Of a DNA stretch of 44,610 nt, positions 12,540-24,962 are shown in pieces. Under the pieces are notes generated by a model. The model saw only the letters and a list, made by a program, of their open reading frames with translations. It ran no database searches and was not told where the DNA came from. The stretch's first letter is position 1. The number at the start of each line of letters is the position of its first letter. The position numbers and the translations under genes are program-made. Source of the stretch: Chara braunii (lineage: Eukaryota; Plantae; Charophyceae); NCBI GenBank assembly GCA_003427395.1, contig BFEA01000007.1:3352428-3397037 (forward strand), in the 5' to 3' direction.

Positions 12540-15190
12540 GAGGAGGGGTGGATTAAACCATACCGTAATTTCGTCGTCATACGGTACATCGGTCTTGTCC
12601 GTTCCCAAAAGAAAAGGTGAGTTCAGGATGTGCATTAACTGTCATGGACTAAACGACATAAGCATTAAAAATATCGAGCCACTAGCGTGCGTAGATGACA
12701 TGTAATACCAATCGGATAAATTGTAGGGTTACAAAGATAGATTTGAAGTAGGGGTATCATCAAATAGAGGTGTGGCCTGAAGATTAGTATAAGACGGTGT
12801 TTCAAACATGATACAAATACTACGAGTTTGTAGTTTCGCCGTTTGGACTGACAAATGTCCTTGCCATGTTTCGCGAATGCATGAATGACTTATTTCGAGA
12901 CTGGTAACATCGTTTTGTAGTTGTATATATTGATGATATTTTAATTTTTGGTAAGTCTCTTGAGGAGAACTGGGAATGTTTACATTTAACATAGAGTAAA
13001 TCGAGGGAAGTTCAATTTAGATCGAGCCTGAAGAAGTGTGGATGGGTTACGCGCCTAGTATTATATCTAGGATATGTGGTAGACGAAGATGGAGTTAGAG
13101 ATGAGGATGTCAAAAGAGCAACGATTCGAGACTCATCGACAACGAGCACGTTAGCTGGGTTGCGGGCGTTTTTAAAATTGGCCAATTACTATTGGAAGTT
13201 TGTTAGAAACTTTACCAATACCGCTGTCTCATTAGATAAGTTATTGAAAAAAACAACCGTTTGGCTATGGAATAAGGACTGCACCTCTGCATTTACGAAG
13301 TTAGAAGAAGTGTTTAATAAAGTATATTGTCATATAAATAGTACACTCATTCTTGTCGTTCGACTACATACACGAGTCAATTTGGCATAGGTGCAATACT
13401 GCAACAATTTGATAGGTATGGTTACCGGCCGATAAAGTTAATGTCTAGACGGATACCTTACTGAACAGTAGTTGCATCGACATATGAGAGATAACCGTCC
13501 ACGTTCAGAAAAACTCTAGCTCACTAGTGACGTAATCTGTTAGGAAGACACTTCACGGCCTACTTAGGTAATGAGACCCTGCGCTGATTAAAGATACAGG
13601 CACGAATGTCGACTAAGTTGGTTAGATGGGCGGCTGAAATAGACGAGTTTGACTTCGACTTGAAGCCAGTGAAAGGTAAGTACAATGAAGTTGTTAATGC
13701 GTTGAGTAGGGGAATCGATTTCTCTAATAATATCATCACCTAACTCGATGCCAAAAGATAATTACCACAAAAGATCAAAGATGCATACCCGATTGATCCC
13801 TACCTTCGTAAGATTATAGCTAAGGTAGTAGATACTCCCCACGAGTTCTCAAAATATAGGATAAATGACGATCATCAAAAATATGATAGTGAATGTAAAC
13901 TTAATGTCCTAAGCTACAAATAAGTTCGTAGTATCATTCTATGTGAATGTCATGACGCAGGAACACAGAGGGACGATTCTGATGGAGGAGGACGATAATC
14001 TGTTGCAGTTGTACGTCTGGATTGGAATGAAAAACAATTGTATCATATTTGTTTAAAGTTGTAAAAACCGTAAGAGGGCAAAACGTTTCACGGTGCCACC
14101 ACTAGAACCATTGAAATCTTTACTTATTCTGTCATATGACCTGGAGACTCCATCTCATTGACTTCATTGGCACAATAGTCAAGAGTAGAAACAGTAAAAG
14201 TCAAGTGATGATTATAGTTGGTAGATTTAGTAAATTTGTTGTTGTAGTTCTGCTGTCGCCCCAAGCTGGGATAGAGTTAGTGATTCGGGAGCTCTCGAAC
14301 AAGTGGGTGACGAACAAGGGTCATCCTTTGACTACAGTTGGCAATAGAGATGTTAGACTTATGGGTGAGCAAAGAGAACAATTAATGAAGTTGTATGAGT
14401 CAAAATTAACCATCCGGTAGACACCCGAAAACGAGTGGCCATACTACGAAAATAAATAAGTTATTATACCAAGTACTTTGTATGTATATCATACTTAACC
14501 AAATAGATTGGGACGAATACCTACCGAAGGTAGCCAGCGCGTTTCATAACTCTATATATTTGGCCACTTCATGTACCCCGAATGAACTGCACAAAAGTTT
14601 ATGTTCAAGGAGACCAATCGACTGCATAAATTCTTATCAAATTTAAAGATTACCGTCAGGCACTAGGAATTCATCTTGCAATACAAGAAGGATCTGCAAA
14701 AGTAGAAGAAAACATTCTGAAGGCTCAACATTAAATTGTAGAACAAGCAAACAAGCATTTTAGTTCGTTGTGAAGGATTTTATGCGGGTAAAGTCAAAAA
14801 TAAATTGTCAGAAGAACAATTTTTTTATAAAGTGTAACCTGCATAAAAAGGACAATAATAAATCGTAGACGTGATAGGAGATCCATATTGTCCATCATAT
14901 ACCGTAGATATCCCATCGCATCTACATACTTCCTCGATATTTCATGTTCCTAAATTACTGCCTTGTGTAAGCAACAATCCATTTCCCTCACGCTGATCAA
15001 TGATACCTCCTTATATAGATGGGGGACAAAATATCAATCGTATTGTTGATGAAGATGTGTATAAGTCCGCCAGGAGGGGAAAGTTACAACAACATCATAA
15101 GGTTCGGTTCCTACATCATGAACCAAAGGACGACCAATGGTACACGAAGAATGAGCTAAAAGAAACTGCTCTTAACATCGGGTCGTAACA
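12540..15190 (+). mobile_element. Chromoviral Ty3/Gypsy pol (RT-RNaseH-integrase-chromodomain), decayed
   Basis: SSSYGTSVLSVPKRKGEFRMCIN, FGLTN, VVVYIDDILIF, LRAFLKLANYYWKFVRNF, integrase IDFIG...MIIVGRFSKFV, and chromodomain-like INRIVDE...HKVRFLHHEPKDDQW. Confidence 0.9.
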
Positions 15191-15295
15191 TGAGAGAGTT
15201 AGTTGGGGAGTCAACAGTGTAGATAGGTATACAAGTTTGATATTTCTCGGATGACCTTGAAATTAGAGCGATGAGAGTGAAAGGATTTCACATTG

Positions 15296-16431
15296 TGTCA
15301 TGGTCCCGAGTTCCGGTCCCACAGTCCCAGTTGGTTCCAATCCCATATAGTGGCAAGCTTAGCAACCGAGTATGGTTAGCAAGATTGATTCTGTAATGCA
15401 GAATCCTTGTCGATGCAGAGTCCTTTAGGTCCAGTAGGATCCGATAGTTAAAGCATCATCGATCGTTAGCAGTCAGACCCGGTACCCGATAAAAAAGGTA
15501 CAAGGTCCCGAAGTTAAATTTTGCAGCAATAGTTTGAGAAAGTTTGGTAAGTTGCAGAAGTGTCAATTGCAATTAACAGGTCAAGGGGCCTTGTCCTGAG
15601 ACGATAGAAGACATCAACCGAAGTTGCTATTTCTACATATTACAATGTCGCCGACTTCACTTGTCAATTTATACACTGCGGAAGCTTTGCTGTAGCACTT
15701 GTGCGACTAGAGGCGGGTTAGACAATACACGGTGATGAAGGAGAAGGGGAACGACGCCATGGTTAGGGTTGTCGGGGAATAAGACAACGGCGTAGTTGTT
15801 AATTAGGAGAGGGATAGTTGTTAATGCTCTTAGAGAGCAAATGTGAGTAGTCCAAAGATTGTACGCGAAAGAGGAAGAATGTGTATGAGTCAGTAATGTT
15901 GAGCGATTGTAGTGGGGAGAGGGAGATTGCAAGCGAGTAAGGTTGAGCAATTGAAGTAAGGAGAAGAAAAGTTCAAGCGAGTAAGGTTAAGTGATTGTAG
16001 TACGAGGGAGAGAGCGAGACATCTAATGAGAGAGAAGAAGGAGCATGTTAGAGATATGGAGAGAAAGGGAGTGCAATTAATTGAACATTATTGTTTGGGT
16101 TGCGGCTAAAGCCGCACTTTGAAACTTAATCCTTGTATAATGGTCAATGTTTTGAAGTGTTCTCCTCTCGATGTGAGCTAATTTGTCCTCTCGATATTTC
16201 AGTGAAGGTTCTATGAGTTTTCGACGTACTGCGGGTTTCAATTGGGAGTTGAATTCAGGCTAGTTTCTTGGACGTTTTCATTTCGGCCAAGAATTTAGTT
16301 CCAATAGGTCGTGCCCTAAAAGTCGTGGTTCAAACACACGTCGAAGAAAAATGGTTGGGAAAGGTATTGGTGGACCATGGTGGTAAAAGTCACTTTGAAC
16401 TTCATCTCTAGCTTTGGTGGTCTCCGTCACA
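15296..16431 (+). mobile_element. LTR-like sequence (3' LTR of the upstream Gypsy, or an independent solo LTR)
   Basis: Starts TGTCATGG and ends CCGTCACA, the same terminus as the LTR at 44368 (- strand). Follows the chromodomain. No matching TSD or partner LTR seen. Confidence 0.5.
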
Positions 16432-16799
16432 CTAGTGGTTTAAAAGTCATTAAAAAGTGCATCTATTGTTTGGGTGGTCTCCCTTGTCCTGTGACTTTTG
16501 CCCAGGCATAATCTTGTGCTCCTTCATTCCAATGACGTCAACTTAACTTCCACTTATTGTTGGGGGCAACATCAATCTGAGGGAAGTATTGACTGCTATT
16601 TATGGCGGTCATTGCAAGTTCATATATATGGCGGTACATCAAGAATGTTAGAGGGGTCATCAGAAGCGTTCCTATGATTTCTAAGATAGTTCAAGACTCA
16701 AAATACTACGGAGTAAGTTTTTGTGATATATCTTGTTATAGCGTGAACTCATATGCTCTAACCCAAGCCTTACCACCCACCTAGAACATAAACACGTGT

Positions 16800-19700
16800 G
16801 TATGTTGATTCTCTTAGTTTGTGCCCTTTATGGTTTTTGTAGCTGATAGACAGTCCGCTCCATCATTTTTTGTACTTCAAGGCACGTTTCCTTGTTCAAG
16901 TCACTAGCTTAAGTTTTGGGTTTGAAAGCAAGAAATCTAAGAGAATCCTTGGTTTCCATCCCAAATGTAGTTGATTAGGTGATCACCCAATGGTTGTGTA
17001 TAATATTGTTATACAGTCGAGCTAGTGAGGCATTTTGACATCCCAATCAATCTCATTGGGAGAAGAGTTTTTTACTTATTTACTCAACTTGTCGAAGAGT
17101 TTCAAGATTTCTGGAAGTCATCATAAGTTTTGAACTTAGTTTTTTAGCCAGATTTTGTTAATATGTGGCGTATTCGGTCATGAAACGAACCTCTTTATCA
17201 CTTACTAAAGTTTTAAGTAATCTACAATCTTTGATATGGTGCTTAGCAAAACTAGTAATTACAAACTTAATCTCAGCGATAACCGGTAAAGCTATCAAGA
17301 TTGCAAATTTAACGAATTTATCTATAATCAACAAAATTTGTGTATTCCACTTTCTTGTGTTAATCAACATGAATACGAAGTTCATAGCAAATTGATTAAC
17401 ATGGTCCATCGGGTATGGGACGTGGCTTTATTAAGCCTAGAGGGACCTATGCTTTAGGTTTGTTCATTTGACAAACATGACAAATATCAACCTACATTTT
17501 AGCATCTCTCTTCATGTTTGGTCATCAACATCGTTATAACAAGTTAGCATAAGTCGTTTTCAATCAAAAGACTCACTCCATCATAGCATTCTTGTAGAAA
17601 TAGGTTCCTAAAAGATTCTTTATTAGAGAGAAAAACTCAGAGAATTTGTTTGTACCCCATCCTTACTCTAAAACAACAACCCCTCAAGGATAATGTAGTA
17701 TTTTTTCATCTTTCTATCTTTGTGCATTTGTACGATTGATAATCTCACTGACAATGTTTCCATTCTCCTATGACTCTTTCACTTGTAGACGTATGTGGTG
17801 CCCTATAAAAATCTCGATCACAAGTGCACATATAAATTTTACTCAACATGATAAGACATCAGCAACCACATTATACTGCTCTTTCACATGCTTAGCGCGA
17901 AGTCAAACATATCAATAAATTAGAATTATTGCTTAAGCGGATCAGACAACATGGGATGAGTTTTAATTCATTGAAGGGTCTTATTGTCAGATCCAACTTC
18001 AAAATGTTTGTCATAAACATAGTGCTTTCGTGTTTGAAACCATGAAAGAACACAAAGTTTCCGCGCGAGTTTCTTAGATGACATTTTTTTTTACATGTAT
18101 TTGATTGTTGTCAAACTCTTACCCTCTTCTTATTGTAGCATTGAGTCTATCGCATGCCAGTTTGCCGCTTTAGTAGTCACAATGAGAGACTTATCTGGGT
18201 CTGCAATCTTAAGAACCAACTGATTGATTAAGATATGCTTCAATTAAATTAAGGTTTTTCCCTATGCATTATCCTAGTCCTAGCAGGTAACCAGTCGAGT
18301 GACATCTATCAAAGGCAGGCAATAGTGTTGTAATTCTCTACAAACGATTTATATGATTAGTCTATTATACCAAAGAAAGATTTGGTCTCAATTACTTTGC
18401 GGGTTGTGGCCAGCCCCCACTAGGTATAACTTTTGCATCCTCCGGCCTCAACCCTTGTGCAAAGATATCATAACCCATTTATGAGACCTTAGTGAGTGCA
18501 AACCCACTCTTCTCTTTGTTGATCTTATATTGAAGTGGTTGAAGGAGATTAAAAATTATCTTCAGTTTTTTCGCACGCTCCTACAAAATTTAATTGAAGA
18601 TAAGTATATATCATCGAGATTGATAGCGATAAACGTATTTAAGTAATCAATAAAGATCATATTCATAACATGTTTGAATGCATACAAAGCCCCCCCAAAT
18701 GACATCCCCACAAACTCATACAGACCATATTTGATATGAAATGTAGTCTTGTGTTAATCATCGGGTCATAACTATATGTGGTGGTATTGAAGTACTCATA
18801 TCCATACACCTTATCCAAGAGGCTATCAATGTGAGGTAGGGGCCAAATATTACGTATAGTGATAACATTGAGCTCCTTATAGTTGATGTACATTTTCAGT
18901 GTCCCTCTCTTATTGGGTATGAATAAAACAAAAGAACTCTCTTATTGGGTATGAATAAAACAAGAGACCAAGATGGTTAGGTACTAAATCTAATCAAGGC
19001 ATTGTTAGTCAGTTCATGGAGTTGTTTTCCAAACTTATATAACCTTGTAGGAGACATCTTATACACCTTGCCTTTTTATGATGTCACCGTTTGGGATAAT
19101 CTCTATGGCATGGACTATCTCCCTGTCGACCTTAGTAGGTTCCTCAAACAAGTCAAATGTTTGATGATTTTTTTTACCTTCTGGAGAGTTTTTATGACTT
19201 GTACTTTTTTAGAGATAAATATTAATTACATACCTTTTTCCATATCCTTTTTGTAGTACTTCATGAAATCTGCAACATATACACAGTCGTAGGATTTATC
19301 TTTTCCTCTAGTAGATTATTTCTTGATCCATACGGTCCGACCGCCCAAAATATGTTAGAGCAGGGTTTTCAAAATCTTACTCAAAGTGAACTTTAACTAC
19401 ATCTAGATAATACATACATAAAATCATATCGAATGGCAGATCATGGCCAACCAGAAAAGACAATTTATGTCTAATATTATCTTCTAATCCTTATGGACAC
19501 AATGACATTCCTTAGCTTTGCCTCTAGACTACAGGTTGTGCTGCTAAGAGATACGAGGTCACTATATGAGGTGCTGCCCTCACTAGCCAACAAATTTGTA
19601 ATATTCTCCGAAGTGCACGAAGATAATTCCGTAGGAGTATCTTAAGGTCATATTTGACCCCTACGAGCTTGATGAAAACCTTTATTGTTTCACTACTTGA

Positions 19701-20700
19701 ACATTTTTTTACTTGCAAGTTTCTAGCACATGAAACTTGTGTGTAAACCGTTTTGCAGTTGTTTAATGGTATATTTTTTTTTCTTCTAGTCTCACAAAAT
19801 CATGGAGGACTTTCTTATTGGGCGAAATCTCAAAATCTTTCCCAGAGTCGTTTGTTGCAACAACTTCATTCAGGAATACTACTGCGGAGTTTTTCAGGAA
19901 TGTTTAACCTACCATACCTTATCCTTCATCCTAACATATAATGAGACCACCTTTAACCAGATATTTAAGTTTTCTCCATTTTTATCCTTACTAAGGGTCG
20001 AACTTCTCCAAAGTGTTTTTGGCAAATGAGGAGTACAGTAATGGTACCGGCCTTGTAGTGCATGATATAAGTGGTGACCTAAAAATGACCAAGACTATAA
20101 CTGAATTTTTTTTCGATATTTACACCACATCTTGTAGTGCAGCAGGAGCAATTATGCCAATTAGGTGAGGCGTGTCATACTAAAACTGACATGTTGTTGT
20201 TGGTGGTGGTACCAGTGGATCTATACTGTGTATCACCAATGATGGCGTAGTAGAGGAGACAAGTGACTTATGTGTGGCCACTGTTTTTTTCGGATATAAA
20301 TGTTTTAGTTACGAGTTTTTCAACTTAGTGTGGATTGACCCAGTTTGGTTTAAAGCCTAAAATAACAGTGGCCTTATTTCATTGTAGTGGTCCCATTGTA
20401 CGGGTGAGGTAACATATTAGTGCATTTACATGTGATTTTTTTATGACACAGTTATTATTGGTTGTTGATGTTCTGTCTTTTCCCTTATCAAATGTCACAT
20501 TAACTCCTATATTTACTTTATAGTCATACAGGGCGATCGATGTCTCTTTGTTATTCATAAACCTACGTTTCATGACCATCCCCATTCTACTCCGTCAAAT
20601 TTTAGCTACTTAATGTCCTTAGCGAGCTCAAAAATCACTCATTTGTCTTGTGTCTCCCTATCTTTTCTTAGTGTTTGTTTTTTCTGTGTTCTTAAGGCTA
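16800..20700 (-). mobile_element. Very old Ty3/Gypsy remnant (gag region-RT-RNaseH-integrase)
   Basis: Minus-strand MYINYKELNVITIRNIWPLPHIDSLLDKV (RT, 18663-18893) and QILLIIDKFVKFAILIAL...LVSDKEVRFMTE (integrase core, 17158-17409). Heavily mutated; boundaries approximate. Confidence 0.8.
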
Positions 20701-22042
20701 AGATCGTTTTAAGTCTTCTACTGTCAAAATCTAGGGTTGTAAGACTTTTTTTTTTTTTTTTTTTTTTCATTAAAAAAAATATATGTTAAGTAATTCAGAA
20801 CCAGTAAATTTTGTCACGCATACGGTTGTGTTTTCATGTTAAAGAAATAAAAGAGTGAATGAAAACTCATCTTACTATTTTTGTAAGGCCTTATTCCTAG
20901 GTAAATTATTTTCTTGACTTTCTTCATTATGGTAGAGGTATGCTCTCAAATGTTTCCTTTATATTTTAAATCATAAAATTTTTATTGTGGCTCCCTTGGA
21001 GAAAAAACTACATCACATTTTATTTTGTTGTGGGTCTATGAAACGAAGTAGGAAATTCTCTTTGCAACTCAACATTCTTCAGTATAAATAATATCGTAAC
21101 TCTAGTGAAAAAATAAGATATCTTACGCCGATGACGATTATGATGATGAAGATCACAATACTGGTTCCTTAATTGTTGTGTTAAACCTATTATGGTGGAT
21201 TGAAAAAAATGATGATGATGATGATGATAGCAATAATGATGACTATTCATTTATGATGCATTTTTCCTCCCCCAACCCCCCTTCTCACCCCACTCCACCC
21301 CAACCAGATTTTGCTAAGCACTTAAAAGGCATAAAAAAACCAGCATTCGGGTAGAGCTTGGTGAAGGTAGAGATGTCCCTCCACTTATAAGTAAAACAGA
21401 AAAGGAACAATAAACTATTTTTTTTGCAGATCAGGAGTACCTCAAGCGGTTAGACAATTAGGTAAGTGTTTGAAGTAACATAGGTTAAACAAATATTTCT
21501 AACTAAATATGCAAATTTGCAAAAACATAATTTAATTATTCTTCTATTGTTTTATACTCAGTTTATTGTGAACTTACGACCTTTTACCAACCTGCTCTGT
21601 ATATACAAGACGCAAATTGTCGGCAATGTAAAAAAACACTTTTAAATCATTTACTAAGACGCAACGATTAAAAAAACGTTGTTCAACTACATGTATTTGT
21701 ACAACACAAGAATGCATTCTTACTCTCAAAACCATTTCGTGAAGTTTGAATATTGTTTTTATTTTTTTTCAACCCCAAACAAAAATGGTTAATGCTCCTA
21801 CGTCCACTACAGTTGCTATGTATCATTTGGTATACTGCAATGAATGTAGAAACATTTCTCAATCTAATACTTCATGGATGCTATATATTATTTGATCATT
21901 GAGTTTCTCGTGGATGTTTGGTTTATGTAACAATTTTCTTGCTGATGCACATAGTTTGCATGGTATGACAATGAGAACATTTTCATTCTTCTTTGTCTAG
22001 TTGAATGTTCTGATGCAGAGACAATTTTTTATGTGTTGCTAC

Positions 22043-22482
22043 CTACGTAGCACCATGTTCACGTTCGGAGGCAAATGCGAACATAAAAAATATTTAAAAA
22101 ATAAAAATAAAAAAGTTCTCAAAAAAATATGAAAAACATATATGTTATGTAAACTAACAATACAAGCAACTTTTGCCATGGAGTGATATTCAATCTCGTA
22201 GCCAATCATGAGTTAAAAATAAAACCCCAAAATATTTTTTTTTTCCTTTTATTGGGNNNNNNNNNNNNNNNNNNNNNNNNNNNNNNNNNNNNNNNNNNNN
22301 NNNNNNNNNNNNNNNNNNATGAGTTAAAAATAAAACCCCAAAATATTTTTTTTTTTTTTTTTTTTTTTTTACGAAAAAACAAATTATGTTCGCCTGAACA
22401 TGTTCGCAAACTGTTCGCGCGAATGCGCGAGCACGTTCGCCCAAACGTGAAGGGGCGTGAACACGTTCACGGTGGTACGGAG
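22043..22482. mobile_element. Complete MITE-like DNA transposon, GTTCG-motif type, 8-bp TSD
   Basis: TIRs CTACGTAGCACC / GGTGGTACGGAG (10 of 12 match). TSD GTTGCTAC at 22035-22042 and 22483-22490. GTTCG/CGAAC arrays, with GTTCA/TGAAC variants. Shared core at ~22112-22228. Contains gap 22257-22318. Confidence 0.85.
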
Positions 22483-22835
22483 GTTGCTACATAGTATCTT
22501 ATGTATTAATACCATATATGAACATATAAAACAAATTAAGTATGACACAAAACATCATTGAAAAAAACCATTAAATCAAAGAACACCGCATGTGCGGCGT
22601 TGTTTATCACAGTATGTAAAAAACACATCCTAAGTAATATCCATACATAATAGGTTATGCTTTTGGGTGGAAATGATGTTTACTTGTGGTGCAAAACACC
22701 ATGTCACAACATATTTTTTCATTTTTTTTTTCAACCTTCAAGAATTTAAACCTTTGGTTCAAGTAACTCATTTGATGTCATGAAACTCATGTCATAAATG
22801 TTTGCTTCCTTCTGTTATTAATCTATCTTACTTAC

Positions 22836-22963
22836 ATCAAGGATTTCAGTGGGGGCGAGATGTCCAACCGAATTTTTGTCATTCTGGTGCACATCACTCC
22901 AAATTGATGGCATTCCCTCAGGAACACGAACATAGTCATCAATGGTAATTGGGTATGTATCAT
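22836..22963 (-). other. Candidate exon or decayed coding fragment (DTYPITIDDYVRVPEGMPSIWSDVHQNDKNSVGHLAPTEILD)
   Basis: On the minus strand, ...ttattgac...cgcAG acceptor, 128 nt open in one frame, then GTAAGT donor. More GC-rich than its flanks. No homologue recognised. Confidence 0.3.
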
Positions 22964-23374
22964 CTGCGATGATAGCAACGGTCAATAAACAATAAGCCTT
23001 GTTTTAATATACCTAGTATAAAATGACAAAACGAAATCAAGTGACAAATAAAATATTCATCCAAATATGGAGGATTACAAGGAAAGAAACTTTAAAAATG
23101 TATCACAAAGATAAAAGTAATTTATGCATATTTGATATATTACACATATACATAAAAGTGTTGATATATATATATATTTTTTCTTCGATTCTTAATCATT
23201 TTTATAATTTGTAAACATAATTTTTCAATGCATGGTGGTTTTGGTAATCTTCTCTTTAACATTGACAATGTTTACTTTTGACGAATGTTCTCCTTGTCAC
23301 TGCTTGATAAACGAAACAGGTGTTAATATCATCAAGGTCAAAATTGAACGGTGATCTCAAAATTCACTTATTTG

Positions 23375-23475
23375 CTAGGTTGTTGGATCGGAAGTCCGGG
23401 ACCCCACTGACCGTCCGGGATGTCCGACCGGACGTCTGGTCCGACGTCCGACCGGACAGGGGTTGTCCGACCTAG

Positions 23476-23506
<31 letters not shown>

Positions 23507-23735
23507 CTCATAAAAATATGAAAAACATATATGTTCTGTGACATAACAATACAACCAACTTTTGCCTTGGAGTCATGTTCAAATTCGCAGTCAATCATGA
23601 GTTCGAAAACCGAAAACAAAATATATATTTTTTTTTACGAAAAAAAAAACTTTTTTTCCCGGACGACAGGGGTACCGGACGTATGGGGGAGACGTCCGGG
23701 GGAGACGACCGGCCCCCGGACCATTGGTAACCTAG
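23375..23735. mobile_element. Complete MITE-like DNA transposon, GTCCG-motif type, 8-bp TSD
   Basis: Termini CTAGGTT... / ...AACCTAG. TSD CTTATTTG at 23367-23374 and 23736-23743. About a dozen GTCCG/CGGAC motifs. Core ~23501-23617 is colinear with 22112-22228. Confidence 0.9.
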
Positions 23736-24102
23736 CTTATTTGTAAAAATTTGAAGTAAGAAAACATAGAAAATAAAACATGAATATAAAATTTTGTTAT
23801 ATCATTGTCCAATCCAACATTCTTTGAATTCGAGAGGAGGAATTTGAAGTGGTGAACATTTGAAATTTAAATACGATAAATTTTGTACCACAAATATTAG
23901 TCAAGCCATGGAAAAAAAACAGTCATAGGCGGGTAAAATATGAGGCAAGAGAGCAATCAATAATTCAATTACCAATTAATCAATCCATTCATCCATTAAC
24001 TAATCTATCAATTCTCCCCAACTTCTCTACCACCCTCCCCACACCTGTCCTCACCACCTTCGCCCCTTTTGCCCCCTCCACTTCCTTTTGTATGTATGCT
24101 GA

Positions 24103-24147
<45 letters not shown>

Positions 24148-24352
24148 NNNNNNNNNNNNNNNNNNNNNNNNNNNNNNNNNNNNNNNNNNNNNNNNNNNNN
24201 NNNNNNNNNNNNNNNNNNNNNNNNNNNNNNNNNNNNNNNNNNNNNNNNNNNNNNNNNNNNNNNNNNNNNNNNNNNNNNNNNNNNNNNNNNNNNNNNNNNN
24301 NNNNNNNNNNNNNNNNNNNNNNNNNNNNNNNNNNNNNNNNNNNNNNNNNNNN

Positions 24353-24394
<42 letters not shown>
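24103..24394. repeat. (CT)n(CA)n - gap (24148-24352) - (TG)n microsatellites
   Basis: Direct reading. Confidence 0.95.
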
Positions 24395-24395
<1 letters not shown>

Positions 24396-24773
24396 CACTG
24401 TGTGTCTCTATCTTCCATTGACTTTTTTTAATTGAAAAGACAGTATTCTTTTTTTTTTTCTTATGTATCCAGACATCCGGGGATATGTCCGCACATTTAG
24501 ACAGGATTCAAAACAGATGTTTTGTAATTTTCCGGACTCATAGGATTATTCAGACGACCAGAATCAAATGCTTGGACCGATGTCTGGTATACTACGGTTT
24601 TTTATGCCTCTTACAAGATGCATGCAAACACTGGTGTCATGAGAAGGGTCAGAACAGAAGTGAGAGTAAAACTATCTATCTAACAAACATGGTGGAAATA
24701 ATTAGAATCACGGGGAACCAAGAAAAGATTGTGAGGTGAAGCACCGACCTTTTTTTTTTTTTTTTTTTTAAGC

Positions 24774-24962
24774 CTTCATTGTGAGTGAGTGAGAGTATCT
24801 GACCTTGTCCGTTAGATGTGTACATTTGAGCTCAGGAGTATCTTCATCGTGAGTGAGTTTATCTGACTCTGCCCATCATATGAATACATTCGAGCTCAAA
24901 AGCAACCTTCATAATAAGCGAGTGTATCTGACATTGTCTATTAGATCCATACATTTGAGCTT
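24774..24962. repeat. Three diverged ~64-65-bp tandem repeats
   Basis: TATCTGAC at 24796, 24860 and 24925, each followed by TACATT(T/C)GAGCT at constant spacing. Confidence 0.85.

Noticed and set aside
18905-18962. 32-bp-period local duplication in the old Gypsy RT
   Set aside because: Ordinary slippage or repair duplication in dead sequence.
22208-22370. Apparent internal duplication across the N-gap
   Set aside because: Identical sequence on both sides of a gap next to a T-homopolymer is most likely an unmerged contig overlap. The true element is probably ~110 bp shorter.
23368-23619. Recurrent peptide EFxxxSxAxVxCI in ORFs 420-617, 653-856 and 23368-23619
   Set aside because: It reflects nucleotide homology of the MITE core. 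Differences between copies are mostly non-synonymous, so there is no sign of coding constraint.
24123-24394. (CA)n...(TG)n inverted repeat
   Set aside because: The centre is an N-gap, so orientation and structure cannot be trusted.
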